IMG/VR virus record: IMGVR_UViG_2049941000_000114
DNA length: 54,051 nucleotides
From: an uncultured virus (IMG/VR IMGVR_UViG_2049941000_000114)
Lineage: Duplodnaviria > Heunggongvirae > Uroviricota > Caudoviricetes
Strand: one strand, 5' to 3'
In this document: in pieces, positions 52,653 through 54,051 of the stretch
How positions within the stretch are numbered: position 1 is the stretch's first letter
Layout: each line of letters starts with the position of its first letter
The notes under the pieces: model-generated
What the model saw: only the letters and a program-made list of their open reading frames with translations
Told to the model about the DNA's origin: nothing
The model's database searches: none
Translations under genes and position numbers: made by a program

Positions 52653-53030
52653 TTAGACCTCCTTATACCAAAAGAATTGTGGAGACTCCCGCGAAGAATC
52701 CCAAGCGTCATAGAGACAGCCGTTTTCGACAGTAGCGACATGACCGCCAAAGCCGAGTACGTAAGTTCCTTTAAAGAACTCATTGCAAAAATCTTCTGCC
52801 GTATAGCAATCAACACACGCGTCGGGTACCGACTCTCTAACAAAGCCGTTATGACGTAATACGTCACCCCATACGCTGTCTGTAGATGGCATTTTGCCGA
52901 CCTCAAAAGCGCGAATAGATAAAACAATAAACGCTTCTTCCCACGTCATGTTTAACGCTTTTGCTATCGCTCTTACAGCGCAATCATCTGTACGGTTTCC
53001 AAAGGGATTTGGGTTGTATTCTATCCACAT
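52653..53030 (-). CDS. NPNP protein, possible Cys-His-Asp peptidase-like fold
   Basis: YNPNP...DCAVRA...GHV...LYDAWDS. Confidence 0.75.
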   Translation of the reverse strand: MWIEYNPNPFGNRTDDCAVRAIAKALNMTWEEAFIVLSIRAFEVGKMPSTDSVWGDVLRHNGFVRESVPDACVDCYTAEDFCNEFFKGTYVLGFGGHVATVENGCLYDAWDSSRESPQFFWYKEV

Positions 53031-53062
53031 AGTTTTATCTCCTTGATATAAANNNNNNNNNN

Positions 53063-53224
53063 AGTGTATACATCGGTTCCGTTTCCAAAAACAACCGTTT
53101 TTGCTTTCCCATCCCAACCATCTGCAAACATAAACTTTGCAATAAGGTACTCGACGCTATCCGCAACAACTAAACTGTTATCGGTTCTTGTTAAAACCTG
53201 TTTATTTGCTAAAAAAGTAAGCAT
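53063..53224 (-). CDS. BppU-like protein, N-terminal part
   Basis: LTRTD...VVADSVEYL.A.F.F..GWDG..KT.VF. Confidence 0.6.
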
Positions 53225-53273
53225 TTTTGCCCTCCTTTAGTTTGCTTGTGCCTGTCAACCATTCCATACAGTT

Positions 53274-53510
53274 TTATTCCTCCGTCGGTTCGGGTGCGGG
53301 CCTCTTATCGACAATTTCTCTAAAGCCTGTCAGTTCTTTTCCGTATTCGTCAAGAATCACAACAACGGCGTAAAGAACGTCGTCGGCGTTATAATAAGCC
53401 GCAAGCATTTGATGATATCCGATCTTTGCTGACTGTTCACTTTCGGACGTTTCAACAGTACAAGAATATTGCCCCTGTGTATTTGTAACTTTCTTGATTA
53501 AATCAAACAT
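53274..53510 (-). CDS. Small hypothetical protein after the tail fibre genes
   Basis: 78 aa; GGGAGG RBS. Confidence 0.7.
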   Translation of the reverse strand: MFDLIKKVTNTQGQYSCTVETSESEQSAKIGYHQMLAAYYNADDVLYAVVVILDEYGKELTGFREIVDKRPAPEPTEE

Positions 53511-53523
53511 ATTTTGTCCTCCC

Positions 53524-53680
53524 TTATACTTTTCTTACATAAATCGTTCCCGTGACTTGCGTGTTCAAAAGTGTGGTATCGTCCCATTTTTTCACTCTTA
53601 TACCCCAAGCTGACGAATAACTTGAATAATACGGAATACCATAAGAGTCTGACGGGGTATTTATTTTAATGCCTAAAATG
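53524..53680 (-). CDS. 3' fragment of a further fibre-tip-like gene
   Basis: Manual translation ending ...WGIRVKKWDDTTLLNTQVTGTIYVRKV*. Confidence 0.45.
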
Positions 53681-53694
53681 NNNNNNNNNNCTCC

Positions 53695-54051
53695 TTATTC
53701 GACACTTGTAACGAAGATATAGTAACTTGCGCTTGGCGTATCTGAACCGTACAAGTAAAGTTCTTTAGCCGTTGCGTCGTAACCAACGTCCTCAAGTAAC
53801 ATATAATCTTCTTCGGCGGTTTCACTCATTACGGGTGAACCGTCATAGTTACAAAGTGAAACGCTCGGAACGTCGTAGATCGCCGTTAACGATATCGTCT
53901 TTTTATAAAGCGTCCTACTGTTGACTGTTACCTGTGTCCAACCTGTTGTAGTAACGGTAACAACCTTTGTTTTCTTGATACCCGCAATAGCGTTCGTGTT
54001 GGTCGCTACGTTTGAGTTCGTAGCATTTAAAGCGTTCTGCGTAGCCGTTGA
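53695..54051 (-). CDS. 3' fragment of a tail-fibre-like gene
   Basis: Open 118 codons, ...VTTTGWTQ...KELYLYG...FVTSVE*, analogous to the C-terminus of 49744-51663. Confidence 0.6.
   Translation of the reverse strand, partial: STATQNALNATNSNVATNTNAIAGIKKTKVVTVTTTGWTQVTVNSRTLYKKTISLTAIYDVPSVSLCNYDGSPVMSETAEEDYMLLEDVGYDATAKELYLYGSDTPSASYYIFVTSVE

Noticed and set aside
48254..54051. Diversity-generating retroelement acting on the tail fibres
   Set aside because: No reverse transcriptase and no TR/VR pair visible.

Overview
A gapped scaffold covering most of a temperate, tailed Firmicutes-type phage. A Lachnospiraceae-like gut/rumen host is an inference from gene content. Most genes are on the minus strand. 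Reading the window left to right: head-tail and holin genes, capsid/scaffold/portal, late regulator and terminase; an oppositely oriented array of 12 small genes next to a structured non-coding block; a long run of small accessory genes; replication/recombination genes; antirepressor-Cro/CI switch, LytTR regulator, integrase and a probable intact attP; endolysin and tail-fibre fragments. The major tail protein and tape measure genes are not in the window. The scaffold mixes at least two phage haplotypes and has contigs out of order across N gaps, and bases 1-302 look like unrelated bacterial chromosome. The best leads are (1) an MBL-fold gene interrupted in its HxHxDH motif by GGT-TA-GGT, the exact layout of a matched-codon ribosomal stop-hop; (2) the ACGGAGG-punctuated small-gene array beside the terminase small subunit; (3) an orphan LytTR response regulator between CI and integrase; and (4) allelic cassette swaps exposed by the mixed assembly. 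All family assignments are by eye from motifs, with no database searches run.
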